64,000 bases of DNA, from positions 248,001-312,000 of the forward strand of contig JASANG010001649.1 in assembly GCA_030248215.1 (NCBI GenBank). The letters run 5' to 3'. Below are positions 53,289-64,000 of this stretch, one piece after another. Source of the DNA: Enoplolaimus lenunculus. Lineage: Eukaryota. Numbering within the stretch: the stretch's first letter is position 1; every line of letters starts with the position of its first letter. Position numbers and translations under genes: made by a program. Below the pieces are notes generated by a model. The model did not search any database. It had not been told where the DNA came from and was given only the letters and a program-made list of their open reading frames with translations.

Positions 53289-56074
53289 TCAGTAAGGTCT
53301 CAAATTGCTTTTATCCGATAAATGTGATGCATCACCTACATAGCAGGCCTTCCATTTTCCTGAACTATCACATTCCAATTTGCTAAGGGTCGCAAGCCCA
53401 ACGTAGTGTCCTTTCTCTAGTAGCGCTGAAAAATATTAAAAAACTACTAAATGATTACGTATGTAATGTTATTTACCCGGAGCACAAACCGGCACATACA
53501 TAAAGCACACTAATATATTTCTACGATACGCTATCATACAGGCATAACTCATATTAACCGGTTCAGATAGTCACCATACACCGTCGAATGATCTGCAATA
53601 GTCTACTATAAAGTCCAACAGTTCGCAACGAAAAATCGTAGGAACCGCAATAAGGAATAACTCTAATAATTACATATTTAACTACATAGTTATGTGAAAA
53701 TAAACTTCATATACCTGCTAAAATTCCGAAAATGGAAGCCCCATGGGCCAGGAATAGTAACGATTCGGAGCTCGGAAATTTTTTGAACACTTGTTTAGGA
53801 ACAGGCTCTACCCGTCGAACGCATTCGAAATCGGTTTCTTCAATCACTGTTGGCACGAGAACCGGTTTATAAGTGGCATCTATTCTAAATAATTCGAAAT
53901 GAAATTATACAAATATTGTTAATAGCCATTCCTTCCATATCAAAATGTATAGTCATTTCATTTTAAAAGACACCAGCCAAAGTATTGCTTAGAGTCGAAC
54001 CAAATGTTCATTAAACTAATAAAAGCCAGTTCTGAGAAAATGTTTTCGGTGCTACTAAATTTCCAGTGTACTACATTTTGCTAATAAAAATCCTCAATAG
54101 CGTGAAATTATGAAAGTTGTCTGTTCAAAACGCAAAACAGTCTGCGAACAGCATATTTTATTTTGAATTATACTTAAACAGCAGTAATTCGGTGGTACAA
54201 TGGATTTACTATTTCTATTCTGGTTCCTGTTCCGGTGAAAAAAGAATATTCGTGCTTCTCTTCCTGCTTCCCGCGAAAAGTAGTTTGTTAGAACCCTGCA
54301 ATAAATGTGCGAAAAATAACAAATTTTTAGTTCCTGATTTACGTATATCTGGGGGTGCTTTCTAAAAGCCCACATCACTCACTACATAGCCCAAGTTGAA
54401 CACCGGGACCTCAACTCCAGATTGAGCTAGCTAAACGCTACATAGCTAGTGGTTTGCCTAAGCTAAGCTCTTAGCTGGTACCACGGAATTAGCTATTTGC
54501 AGCAAAAAACCTACAGCGGAAAACGTTCTTTAAGTTTTGATACTGTTTCATAACCTGGAGGCACCATATACAGTATTTCACAAATTCCATGCTCGATGCA
54601 AATTGGAATATTAAGCTTCTCGGCAATATAATTGGCGGTTTCGACACAGCGTATAAATGGTGAACAAATTATCCGCGATATTCTTTCGCTAAAATTACAG
54701 AACAATACAGAGTTGTTCCTAGCTCAGTGTTAGTCAGGTTCCGACCGGATATTAATTTACCGGTTACCGGATATTCAACTTTACCGGAACAGGAACCGGA
54801 TGCCGGATATTGCATATGTTAAAATAATTTATTTTTCGCTGCATTTTTAGCGTGCTCAAGGTTTTCGTTTGTTATAAAGTTCATATGGCTGCTGATATAC
54901 TGAAACTATTTAATGCAAAAATGCGTTTAACTTTCGCTCGCTTACATAAGATAAATGTAGCTAAAACGTATCAAAATTTTGAACTTCTTGATTTGCCCAG
55001 AAATGTAATCGCAGCAAATGATATTCGGCACCACAACCATTAATATCCGGTATCCGGTTGGTTCATATCGGATACCGGATGAAGTTGTTATAAAGTTCAT
55101 ATGGCTGCTGATATACTGAAACTATTTAATGCAAAAATGCGTTTAACTTTCGCTCGCTTACATAAGATAAATGTAGCTAAAACGTATCAAAATTTTGAAC
55201 TTCTTGATTTGCCCAGAAATGTAATCGCAGCAAATGATATTCGGCACCACAACCATTAATATCCGGTATCCGGTTGGTTCATATCGGATACCGGATGAAG
55301 TTTTACTTAACATAAAAGGAGCGCAGAACCTAACTTATATTTGACTATTTAGTCATAAAGTTTCATTAAAAGTTGAAAATATGTATTATATGCATAATGT
55401 TTAAAACTCGTCCCAAACTGAGTATCGTATAAAACTATTACAGAATTAAGCGCACAACGTGAAAAAATTATACTTAAGCTACATATGTATACATTAGTTA
55501 GCTTGCCTTGCAATGCAATCACAGCGAAACATTTAAAAATTCACTTTCAAAAAGCCGTTTAATGATACGCATTCTGCCAATTAAATAACAATTTGTTAGT
55601 GAAATCCATAAAATATTTTCACAAATTGCGTAGTAAGATAGATTTTGCATATAAATCGGTATACACACTTAAAAAGGTTCTCATTAAGACGCTAAAGGTA
55701 CAAGCACAGTTTGAACAATGTATAGCCGAGTAAAAAATTATGGCTAAAACATGAAACATTTCTAGGGGCGGGGTCAAAATGTCCGATTTTCCCGCAAGTG
55801 GGTTTTCCCGCAGAGTTTGCAATTGCACAATCCGGCTATAGCATAATTTATCGCGCTAGGTGATGCTGAATAGTGCTTGAGTACGTTCCCTACGTTTTTC
55901 ATAATAAAGGTAAAAATACCTTTTAAGCGCTTCTGCTAGTTCTATTCCTTGTTGGTGACCACGTTTGGTCAATGGTGGATTATCAGGGTGTTTTGCGGAT
56001 AAATGCCATTTTGGATCGATAAAATCTTGTCGCTCACCGTGTCGGCAAACATAAACACACTGAGTTGTGGACAT
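53289..56074 (-). CDS. Histidine phosphatase superfamily protein (phosphoglycerate mutase-like, Sts/UBASH3-type phosphatase domain), 211 aa. Exons 56074-55920, 54688-54515, 53884-53715, 53425-53289
   Basis: Motifs RHGER, PPLT..G..Q, SPFIRCVETA, IEHGICE, LFLAHG and C-terminal DASHL. Four exons (155+174+170+137=636 nt) with GT-AG introns in consistent phase. Confidence 0.93.
54869..55302. repeat. Apparently exact 216-bp tandem duplication in phosphatase intron 1
   Basis: GTTATAAAGTTCATATGGCTGC... starts at 54871 and 55087; both units end GGATACCGGATGAAGTT. Confidence 0.9.
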
Positions 56075-56640
56075 AAATGTAATGTGATTAGTATGTAACT
56101 TATATGGTTGTAAAGTTGTTCACATGTTCTCTCTGTTATGATATTTCTACATAGCGCTAATACACAATGTAACGATTTGTAGAGGGTAAATGTGTACCAC
56201 GCGTTCAGTAAGTCAATTAAGAATCATATGTAAAAACTGGCCTTGTTACGCACCGCAAAATAACCTGCGGCCGCATCATAATGTCGCGTTTTGCGCACGT
56301 CTCCTCAAAAAGTTTTCACAACAGAGACGTCACAACTGATAAGCACATTGTTTATTTCAGATATACGTATAGTTTGTTTCAGAATATCAACGCAATGCCA
56401 GCCGTATAACATTTAAACGTTAATTTATTTCGTGCCCGACCTCAGTTTGGAGAGTTGAAGACATAAAACAGAAATTTTTTATTTATATAAAAAGTTATTT
56501 AAAGTTTTTATTGCTTAAAACTCAAAAAACATATTGCCGAACATTGTTGCATTCGGCTTTTGGACTCGGCTTTTTCACAATGGAACCGAATCCGAAACAC
56601 AAATTTTTGCAGAATCCGAACCTTTGTTGCCACACTGAAC

Positions 56641-57040
56641 TAACAGCAACAACAACAACAACAAGCCATATGACGCCGTTTCCCCAGCACCGAGGGTTGG
56701 CGTTTCCCGCATGACACAAGACACCGCAGATAAACGATCAAATAACTCATTCCGAAGCTCATACACGACCCTCCTCCACACTTTTCGATTACTGACAAAT
56801 TCGATCTGCAGTCTTGCTTTCGCACACTTCTTCTGTACCTGCTCTCTCCAACTTGCCTTCGAAATTCCTCTCGGCATCACCCCCCTTCACCTCAAACTCA
56901 AGCCCCTGCCTAATTCCGCAACTCTCATCCTTTCTCCGAACATGCCCGAACCCCATCAACCTTGACCTTTTCACAACGGTCACAATGTAGCCCTTCACCT
57001 TCAGCCTTTCTCTCAGATCAGCGCTGCTCAGCCTATCCAA
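56641..57040 (-). mobile_element. 5'-truncated RTE-clade LINE fragment with (TTG)n tail
   Basis: Frameshifted peptides DRLSSADLRERLKV..VVKRSRL.GFGHVRRKDE..IR..LEFEV.G and PRG.SK.SWREQV...NRKVWRR resemble the C-terminus of RTE ORFs. The 3' end is GTTGTTGTTGTTGTT. Confidence 0.8.
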
Positions 57041-57239
57041 AGATTAAAATTAAAATTTCAAAATTCCGATCCCAATTGATTGTGCTAACATCATGCTAAT
57101 GCTGCACATCGGTAAAACGTTGATGCATATGTAGTGCCTTCTTATGTAAAAGCAATTAAAACATGGAAGAACCAAGATACATGTGTATATTGAGGTTCTT
57201 GTAAGACATAAAAGCACAAAAACTAGCAGTTGATTGTGA

Positions 57240-57314
57240 GGCAGCGTGGCTCAGTGGCTGGCGCGCTGGACTGATAATCTGTCGGCCGAGTTCGAAACCT
57301 CCTGGGAATGTGCC
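57240..57314 (+). pseudogene. tRNA-like cassette with A and B boxes, probably part of a third repeat family
   Basis: A box TGGCTCAGTGG (57247-57257), B box GAGTTCGAAACC (57288-57299), GGCA/TGCC ends, preceded by CAGTTGA as in families A and B. Confidence 0.5.
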
Positions 57315-57761
57315 TTATTTTCAACTGCTGAACACTAAGAATTAAAAACCGTCGTACCCTAGCCAACCCAACTTATCACAGTGCAATCGGAATTGGAACT
57401 CGTTTTGAATCAGAATTGTAAACGAAATCGGAATTCCAGCACTCTGATATACGCTAACAAGTGAAGTTAATTACAAAAAGTATTGGCAAGGAATCGGCAA
57501 TTTATCGCAGTGTTGATGCCGATATATACTCACGAAAAGTGCCGATTACTGCAGACAATTATATTGCCAAAAAATATATAATACAAAGTAAGAACAATTA
57601 TTTTGACTGTAGGGTGCAAAGCGGAACTGAATTACACCGGAATCGAAATTAGCAATTTTGTGACTGTTCGAATATTTGAACTGAAAAATATAAAGTTGAT
57701 TTGTCGCATGAACAAATTGACGATGATCTTTGTTTCTGTAATGCTAAACTACAACAATTAT

Positions 57762-58241
57762 TGATACGTTTGAGACATGCTTGCACGTGTGTATATTCAA
57801 GTACATTGCACTGCATAGTATGCTTGCTAGCACCATACGGTGGACAAATATAGTAGACTGTAAAGGCAGTTGAAGAGGTAGGCTACATGACGCAGTGGTA
57901 GTGTTCGCTTAAGGATCCGATTCGGGTATTGCACGATGAAACATCCAAATACAAACTACACACACAAAAAAGTCAACACGTAACACACACTGCATAGCAG
58001 CTACGCAGTACACAGCGTAGTACACAATGTAGTAAACAACCATATAATAACTAGTATATGTAGTTGATGCAGTGCCGCGATAGCTCAGGTGGTAAGAGTG
58101 TTATTGTTCAAGCACTTCACGTTAACATAATACTTATATACATTGACCACAAGACCGCGCAACCTTACAATCCGCAAGCTTGAAGTTCGATCCTCGTTCT
58201 GTAAGCCCGTTTTTGCAGCTGCTTTGTTAAAAAGGTCTGAA
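57762..58241 (+). mobile_element. Degenerate copy of LTR family B, interrupted by family A (ends approximate)
   Basis: Aligns to 19298-19522 at CATGCTTG, ATATAGT.GAC.GTA, CAGTTG..GAGG..GGCTAC.TG.CGCAGTGGTA and CCCG.TTTT. B-box-like AGTTCGATCC resumes after the insertion. Confidence 0.6.
57920..58169 (+). mobile_element. Second copy of LTR family A, with internal deletion, nested in a family B copy
   Basis: Perfect 5-bp TSD ATCCG (57915-57919 and 58170-58174); right end AACCTTACA. Shares GGTATTGCACG...GATGCAGTGCCGCGATAG.TCAG.TGGTAAGAG with 17525-17819. Confidence 0.75.
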
Positions 58242-58885
58242 ATCCCGGTTCACATGTCACATCCCGGTTTTTTTCTATAACGACATGCTTGGATCACCAA
58301 TTTAGGCACCGTGTTGCAGCGCCACAAAATACGACTAAGCTCACGGCGGAACCAAGTGAGAATTCCAAAGTGTTACTAGCTATCGATTTATGCACATTAA
58401 TACATTAATAATATACAGCGAAATTAAAAAAAAACCAGGAAGGAGAAGGACTGATATTGAACAGTTTATAAGAAGTCTGTGTTGGTGTAATTGCGGCGTA
58501 CAAGTTTAATTAGAATCTGGGCAAATAGATCCGTTTCAGTTTTACAGGCTATGATTAATTTTAAAACGACTGTTATGCAGCCAATTTGTAATCATTTAAT
58601 TAAATTGATCATGAAAGCACTCCATTCAAGTCTAAAGCAACTACTTTTAAGGAACCGTGTTCTTAGATATGTGCATTAGTAATCAAAATTTTAGCTTTTT
58701 ATGTCAGCTAGCAAATGACTGCTCGAAATCTCAAACTAGATTCACCAATGAGATCGATCAAATACGAAAAAGTGAACAGGCAAAGTATGTAACATTCATT
58801 CCTAGCATCCTGGAGAAGCTGGATAGTCGTCATGCTCACTGCGCTGAATCCATAATCTTACGCTCTTATATCAGATTCTGTGTTC

Positions 58886-59110
58886 TAAGCCCGTATTCTC
58901 AAATGTGCGTAGCACCTATCACCAGTTGGTGATAGTTGCTGTAACTTTGGAACAAGCGCATAGTGACGGTTGAAATTAAGTACACTGTTCGCTTTCAATT
59001 TGCCAAACATCTGTACAAATTTTGAAATATGCAGTTACATGTGTTCGTCAGTTTGAAAACCTATTGCTAGTAGATGATAGGTGCTATACGCATTTGAGAA
59101 TATGAACCCT
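58886..59110. mobile_element. MITE family with TATTCTCAAATG.GT..AGCACCTATCA TIRs; other copies at about 708-938 and 33601-33825
   Basis: Inverted ends CCGTATTCTCAAATGTGCGTAGCACCTATC / GATAGGTGCTATACGCATTTGAGAATATG; shared AGTTGGTGATA interior in all three copies. Confidence 0.62.
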
Positions 59111-60315
59111 AGTTATATAATGAGAATTTTTCATCGTCCACAGGTCTGAGCCATACCGACATGAAGCAACTAGTTTCGAGTTTGCTAGAAGGTTATCGAA
59201 TGCTGAAAAAATATTTTTCATCAAAGTTTGTTCAAACAATATTGATATAAACTTTAGAATTTAACAAATTTATTTGAATTGATATTGAATATATTTAATC
59301 ACTATGTTGGCTTTTTTAGCGGACGGGTAATGGAGGCGGAATTTTTTAAAATTTTCGTTTCTTTAGCAGCGTTCAAAGTTTCCGCTCTTGTGTTGCCGTG
59401 TTTTGTTTATAATTTAGTTTTTGAAGTTCGTAAATCAGAATATTTTGAAATGGATTTGATCACAGGTTGTTTGTGTGAGATTTACAAAAAGCAAAAAGAA
59501 ATCGCCAAAAGATTGTTTAACGCCCGTTTCTGTCTAGTTTGTTAAAAAGTACAACAGTAATTCGGGGTTGAAATTATTTAAATCCCGGTGTAGTTTTTAT
59601 TGTCACCCTGGTATTTTGCTATCATTGTCAAATCGGGCAGGAACCGGGGCATTGCACCATTTATACTAAGCAGCTAGAACAGCAGGCACACGAACCGTAA
59701 CGATTATATTATACCGGCAAGGTGGCTAAGCAGTCAAAAAATTTCCTAGGTTCACAACTTTGGCCCGGAAGTTGCTTGCGTATTTCGCCTACCAAAGCAG
59801 ACACACCGGAATCTGGTTATACAGCAATTTGAGAAACAAAATGACGTCTCCGGTTACTTAAAATTCTAATTTTCAAAGGAAACCAAAACGCTTTGATTTT
59901 ATTGTGACAAAGCACAAACAGTTGCGTATTCGCGTTATGTAGGTATAACATTTAAGGCATTGTGTAAAAATTATGGGTTATCCGCATTTACACGTAACGT
60001 CTACGCTATGTTTAAAAATTCTCCAGTCTGTAAGGTTTGCCCGGGATCAAAAACAATACTAGCTTTTAATTAAGGTTGTACCGAGGGTGCTTTGAGAATT
60101 GAGACAGTGGGAATTGTCCCGAGAATAAAGTAAACAAATTAAAGTTTGGCGGCTATTTATTGGTTTAATTGTATGAAGCGGCAATCAGAGCTGATAAAAA
60201 TATTCAAAACTTTTGTAAAAAAATCTTATTTTTATTTTCGGTAACGGTTAAAAATTGACCGAGATCAAAAGTTTCAGTAGGGTTGGTTTGATCTCGGTCT
60301 CGCTTTTTTGACCAA

Positions 60316-60411
60316 GACCGCCCATACCTTCCAGCTAGCATACAGACCGTGGACTGCATTATAATATATCGCATGTTCATATAAGGGACAAGCATGCCTC
60401 AAATGCTTGCA
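60316..60411 (-). mobile_element. 5' fragment of LTR family B
   Basis: The reverse complement TGCAAGCATTTGAGGCATGCTTGTCCCTTAT...TATGCTAGCTGG..GCGGTC matches the first ~90 bp of 19298-19522. Confidence 0.65.
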
Positions 60412-60507
60412 ATCGTTTCAGATTTATACTTAAACTTAAACGTACCGTATAAGTGTTGTACGTCGAACATATTGTTATAGTACCAAATTAAATACAGTTA
60501 GTGAATC

Positions 60508-62577
60508 ATGGTTTCGCCAAAGAAGTCACCAAAGAAAGCGGCGAAAAAGAAGCCAGCAGCTAAAGTACTTTGCTTATTATAATTTTTTATGCGTTAAGTG
60601 TTAAGTCACCTAATTTCACATCTGAGGTTGGTTTTCACGTAAGCATAATTAAAAATTCCGGTGTTAAATGTTGGTCGGTGTAAATTAAGATATTTTACTA
60701 AAACACATGTCGATAAAAATTGCGCATTTTTTGAGTATAGTATGTATTTTTCATTTTCCAGTTGTACTCTCACAGGGTGCAAAGCGCAATGGATTATACA
60801 GCAATCGGAACTAGAAATGTTGTAACTGTACGAATAATTTGTATTAGGGTATCTGTCTGTTTGCTGGCAACAATTTTCAAAAAGGTTGCATGAACAACTT
60901 GGCGATGATTTTTGGTACTGTAAAAGCTAATCTACAAACAATTATTGATAAGTTAAGTCATCGAAAGAAATTGAATAGAAAAATAATACAGAATTTTTAT
61001 GCAACGTATCACTACATGTTGTAAGATTAAAATTAAAATTTCAAAATTCCGATTTCGATTTAATGTGCCCTCGGAATCGGAATTCCGATTGCACCCTACC
61101 CTGGTTAATGAATATCAGCGTGCTTCCTGACATTCATCGCCGACAAAACAACATCCCGCTTTGCGCCGACAAAACAAAATCCCTCTCTGCTATTCCACTT
61201 TGAGGATTTTGTAATATATATTGAAAACAACAGTGGTTGGTGGGCGGTCTCCTTCCTGGCATGTCGGCGCCAGGTTTGAAAATGGGTCACAACTATTTGT
61301 GCCTGTTCATAGAAAATAAGTTCGGAGCGCGTATCCAGAATTTGCGTTCCTAACTAAACTATTAGAGCGGTTCGCAAAACTTGTTGATGAAATCGGGGAA
61401 AATTTGTTTTAGCAATTTTCTGGCTAGTTTTCTAAATTAAATAGTCCAGCAGTAATTCGGTGCTGAAAATTGTTTCAAATTCCGGCTGGTGCAAAATGCT
61501 CAATTCCTGTTCCGGTAAAACTTTGTTCCTGTTGGAACCCTGCTGCATGGATGGGTGGTCTCGGTTTAAAATCGAGACCGAGACTGAGACTGGCCATGAA
61601 TAGGATGCTCCCTCCCTGCCTCCTAAAGTTTTTTGATGGCATTGACTTATTTGCATTATGTTTTAAGTCATCTTTCAAAGCGAAAAAAGATCCAAATGCT
61701 CCGAAACGCGCAATGAGCGCTTCCGGTAAAACTTTGTTCCTGTTGGAACCCTGCTGCATGGATGGGTGGTCTCGGTTTAAAATCGAGACCGAGACTGAGA
61801 CTGGCCATGAATAGGATGCTCCCTCCCTGCCTCCTAAAGTTTTTTGATGGCATTGACTTATTTGCATTATGTTTTAAGTCATCTTTCAAAGCGAAAAAAG
61901 ATCCAAATGCTCCGAAACGCGCAATGAGCGCTTATTTCTTATGGATGACCAAATCCCGTGACAGTATCAAGAAGCCAGGAGATGGAGTAGCTGATATCGC
62001 AAAGAGAGCCGGTGAAATCTGGCGTGGAATGAGCGCTAGTGAAAAAGTGGTACGTACCTCTCCACACTGACTGTTTTAATAGAAGGATCAATTTCCCCAA
62101 AGTGATTATTTTATTACGGTATGACATGGATGGCTTAGGCTTAGGTTTACGCTTCAGCTTAGGCATGGGCAGAGATGGGAGAATAAATTAGCATGGCGTA
62201 GAAATAGACCCAATTTAGGTTTAATCAATTATGCCAAATAGCCTGGAGCTAATAAACAGCTTAACTGATGTTCTTTTCAGACGGACGGACATACAACTCG
62301 ACCCCCGAACACAAAATATAACACGATTCCCGATTTTTCAAACACAAACTCAGAAGATGTAACAGTATACCAGCGCACTGTTATTTGCAGAAAGTATCAG
62401 CAAAGAATCGGCAATTTTTTCCACTGCTGATGCCGATTACTTGGCATATTCCTAGTAATCAGCTTTTGGCGTTTAAGTACGTACGCTATGATTTTTAATT
62501 TTTAGAAGTGGGAAAAACTGGCTGCTGATGACAAAAAACGATACGATCGCGAAATGGCGAGTTACAAGAAGAAATGA
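60508..62577 (+). CDS. hmg-1.1: Single HMG-box chromatin protein (HMG-1.1/HMG-D-like), 99 aa. Exons 60508-60564, 61879-62049, 62506-62577
   Basis: MVSPKKSPKKAAKKKPAAK-SSFKAKKDPNAPKRAMSAYFLWMTKSRDSIKKPGDGVADIAKRAGEIWRGMSASEKV-KWEKLAADDKKRYDREMASYKKK*. Introns are phase-0 GT-AG. The sequence closely resembles recalled nematode HMG-1.1 (KDPNAPKRAMSA..IKKPG.GVAD.AK..WEK.AADDKKRY). Confidence 0.92.
61510..61933. repeat. Apparently exact 211-bp tandem duplication spanning the HMG exon 2 acceptor
   Basis: TTCCGGTAAAACTTTG...GCAATGAGCGC starts at 61510 and 61721. Confidence 0.92.
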
Positions 62578-64000
62578 TCTGGTACACCTGTTGAGCAGGT
62601 ATATATGTATATAAATATTTTAGGGTTCAACCTGACTTCCTGTTCCGGATTTTTTCACCTTTCGGCTCCTGTTCCTGTAAATTTTAGCGGAATTAACTGG
62701 AAATTAAGATATTTTACTAAAAATGACGATACAAATTAAATCGCCGGAAATAAACTATCTTAGGTAGATTTCGCCTACGTGGATTATGAAAATATACCAG
62801 TCGTAGTGGGACTACATTTATTGAGCGGAGCTAACTATTCGATTATCGGTTTTGTAGGTTTGTAAACAATTTATTCAAATTCCTCGTGAAATATTGTTCT
62901 AATTTAGGCTTAACTAATTATGCAAATAAACCTGTATCTACATAGTAAATGGCTTTAAATTTTAAAACCCCAATGCGACGTTAACACCCCAGAATAATTG
63001 GCTTTCAAACGATTTGAATTTTATGAGAACGGTTCATTTCAATTCACTTGTTCAAACAAACGCAAAAGAGGTATATAACAGTTTTCCTGACCGCACACAC
63101 TTATATGTGCAAAATATCGGCCAAGAATCGGTAATTCTTTGCAACACCGATGCCGATACTCCCGGAAAGTGCCGATTGTTGCCGACGCCGATTAATCGAC
63201 ACATCCCTAGCTCTAACCATCATAAACGATTATAATTTTAGACGAACGGTTCATTTCAATTAATGTTTTCAAACACAAGCGGAAGACAGATATCAGTTTT
63301 TCCGACGCCAATACTCAAGAAAACTTGCCGATTATTACCGATGCCGATTAATCGGCTCATCCGTAGTTCTCATCGCGCATTTTTCTACGTATATGAACGG
63401 GAATTAACATCCGGTTCCGGTGAACAATTTATTATCCGATTCCGGTAACCAGTTTATTATACGGTTGCGGCAAAATTAATACCAGAGATGCTCCGGAGCC
63501 GGTCAACGGCGTTGGAGCCTTTACCGAAGCTAGTCAGGGACCAGTTTATATATATAATCCGTGACATCCATGAAAACAATCATACCACGGTCGGTTTTTG
63601 TTTGAAAAATATGAAACTCGCAGGAAATTACTCAACACTACAAGGTTTTTAGATTCGGATGTGAAAAAGCCGAATCCAACAATGTTCGGAAACATTACAC
63701 CATGCTTATTAAACAGATACGATACTATTTTGGGTGCGAGGAATCTAAATAAATGATGTACAAACCCTCAAAACCGATACGTAATCGCATAGTTAGCTAA
63801 TAGCTAATTTGCATAGCCTAAATTAGGACTTTTTACAATATTTCACTAATTAATTTCAGCATTAGAGGGCTTTACGTGCGAGGAAATTAAATTATCGTTT
63901 ACAAACCTCCAAAACCGATAATTGAGTACTGTGCTGACCCGAATAAGAGGGTTGACTGATATTTATTTGGATTTCCAGAGGGTACCCCCCCCTTTGTTAT

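Noticed and set aside
53715..53884. Suspected frameshift in phosphatase exon 3
   Set aside because: Recounting the A6 run restores the frame (VFKKFPSSESLLFLAHG).

Overview
AT-rich, intron-containing eukaryotic DNA, most likely a nematode (inferred from abundant degenerate TTAGGC repeats, TTTCAG/TTTTAG acceptors and an HMG-1.1-like gene). I assembled seven spliced genes by hand from GT-AG sites with matching phases: a Shaker/Kv1 channel with an unusual S6 gate (+, 9738-12711); LZIC (-, 14955-16905); a small secreted Cys-rich protein missed by the ORF track (+, 31414-32142); a type II membrane protein with ADAMTS ancillary domains but no protease (-, 34402-37192); a mucin-like type I membrane protein (-, 41229-44258); a histidine phosphatase (-, 53289-56074); and an HMG-1.1-like protein (+, 60508-62577). 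Introns and intergenic DNA are packed with short non-autonomous mobile elements. Two systems stand out. (1) At least two families of solo-LTR-like elements (TG..CA ends, 5-bp TSDs) carry an internal tRNA-derived Pol III cassette, and one is inserted into the tRNA cassette of the other. (2) A GGCC-ended, 8-bp-TSD (Merlin-like) MITE family carries telomere-like TTAGGC repeats or a GGGACA minisatellite as cargo. All calls are by eye; no database searches were run.
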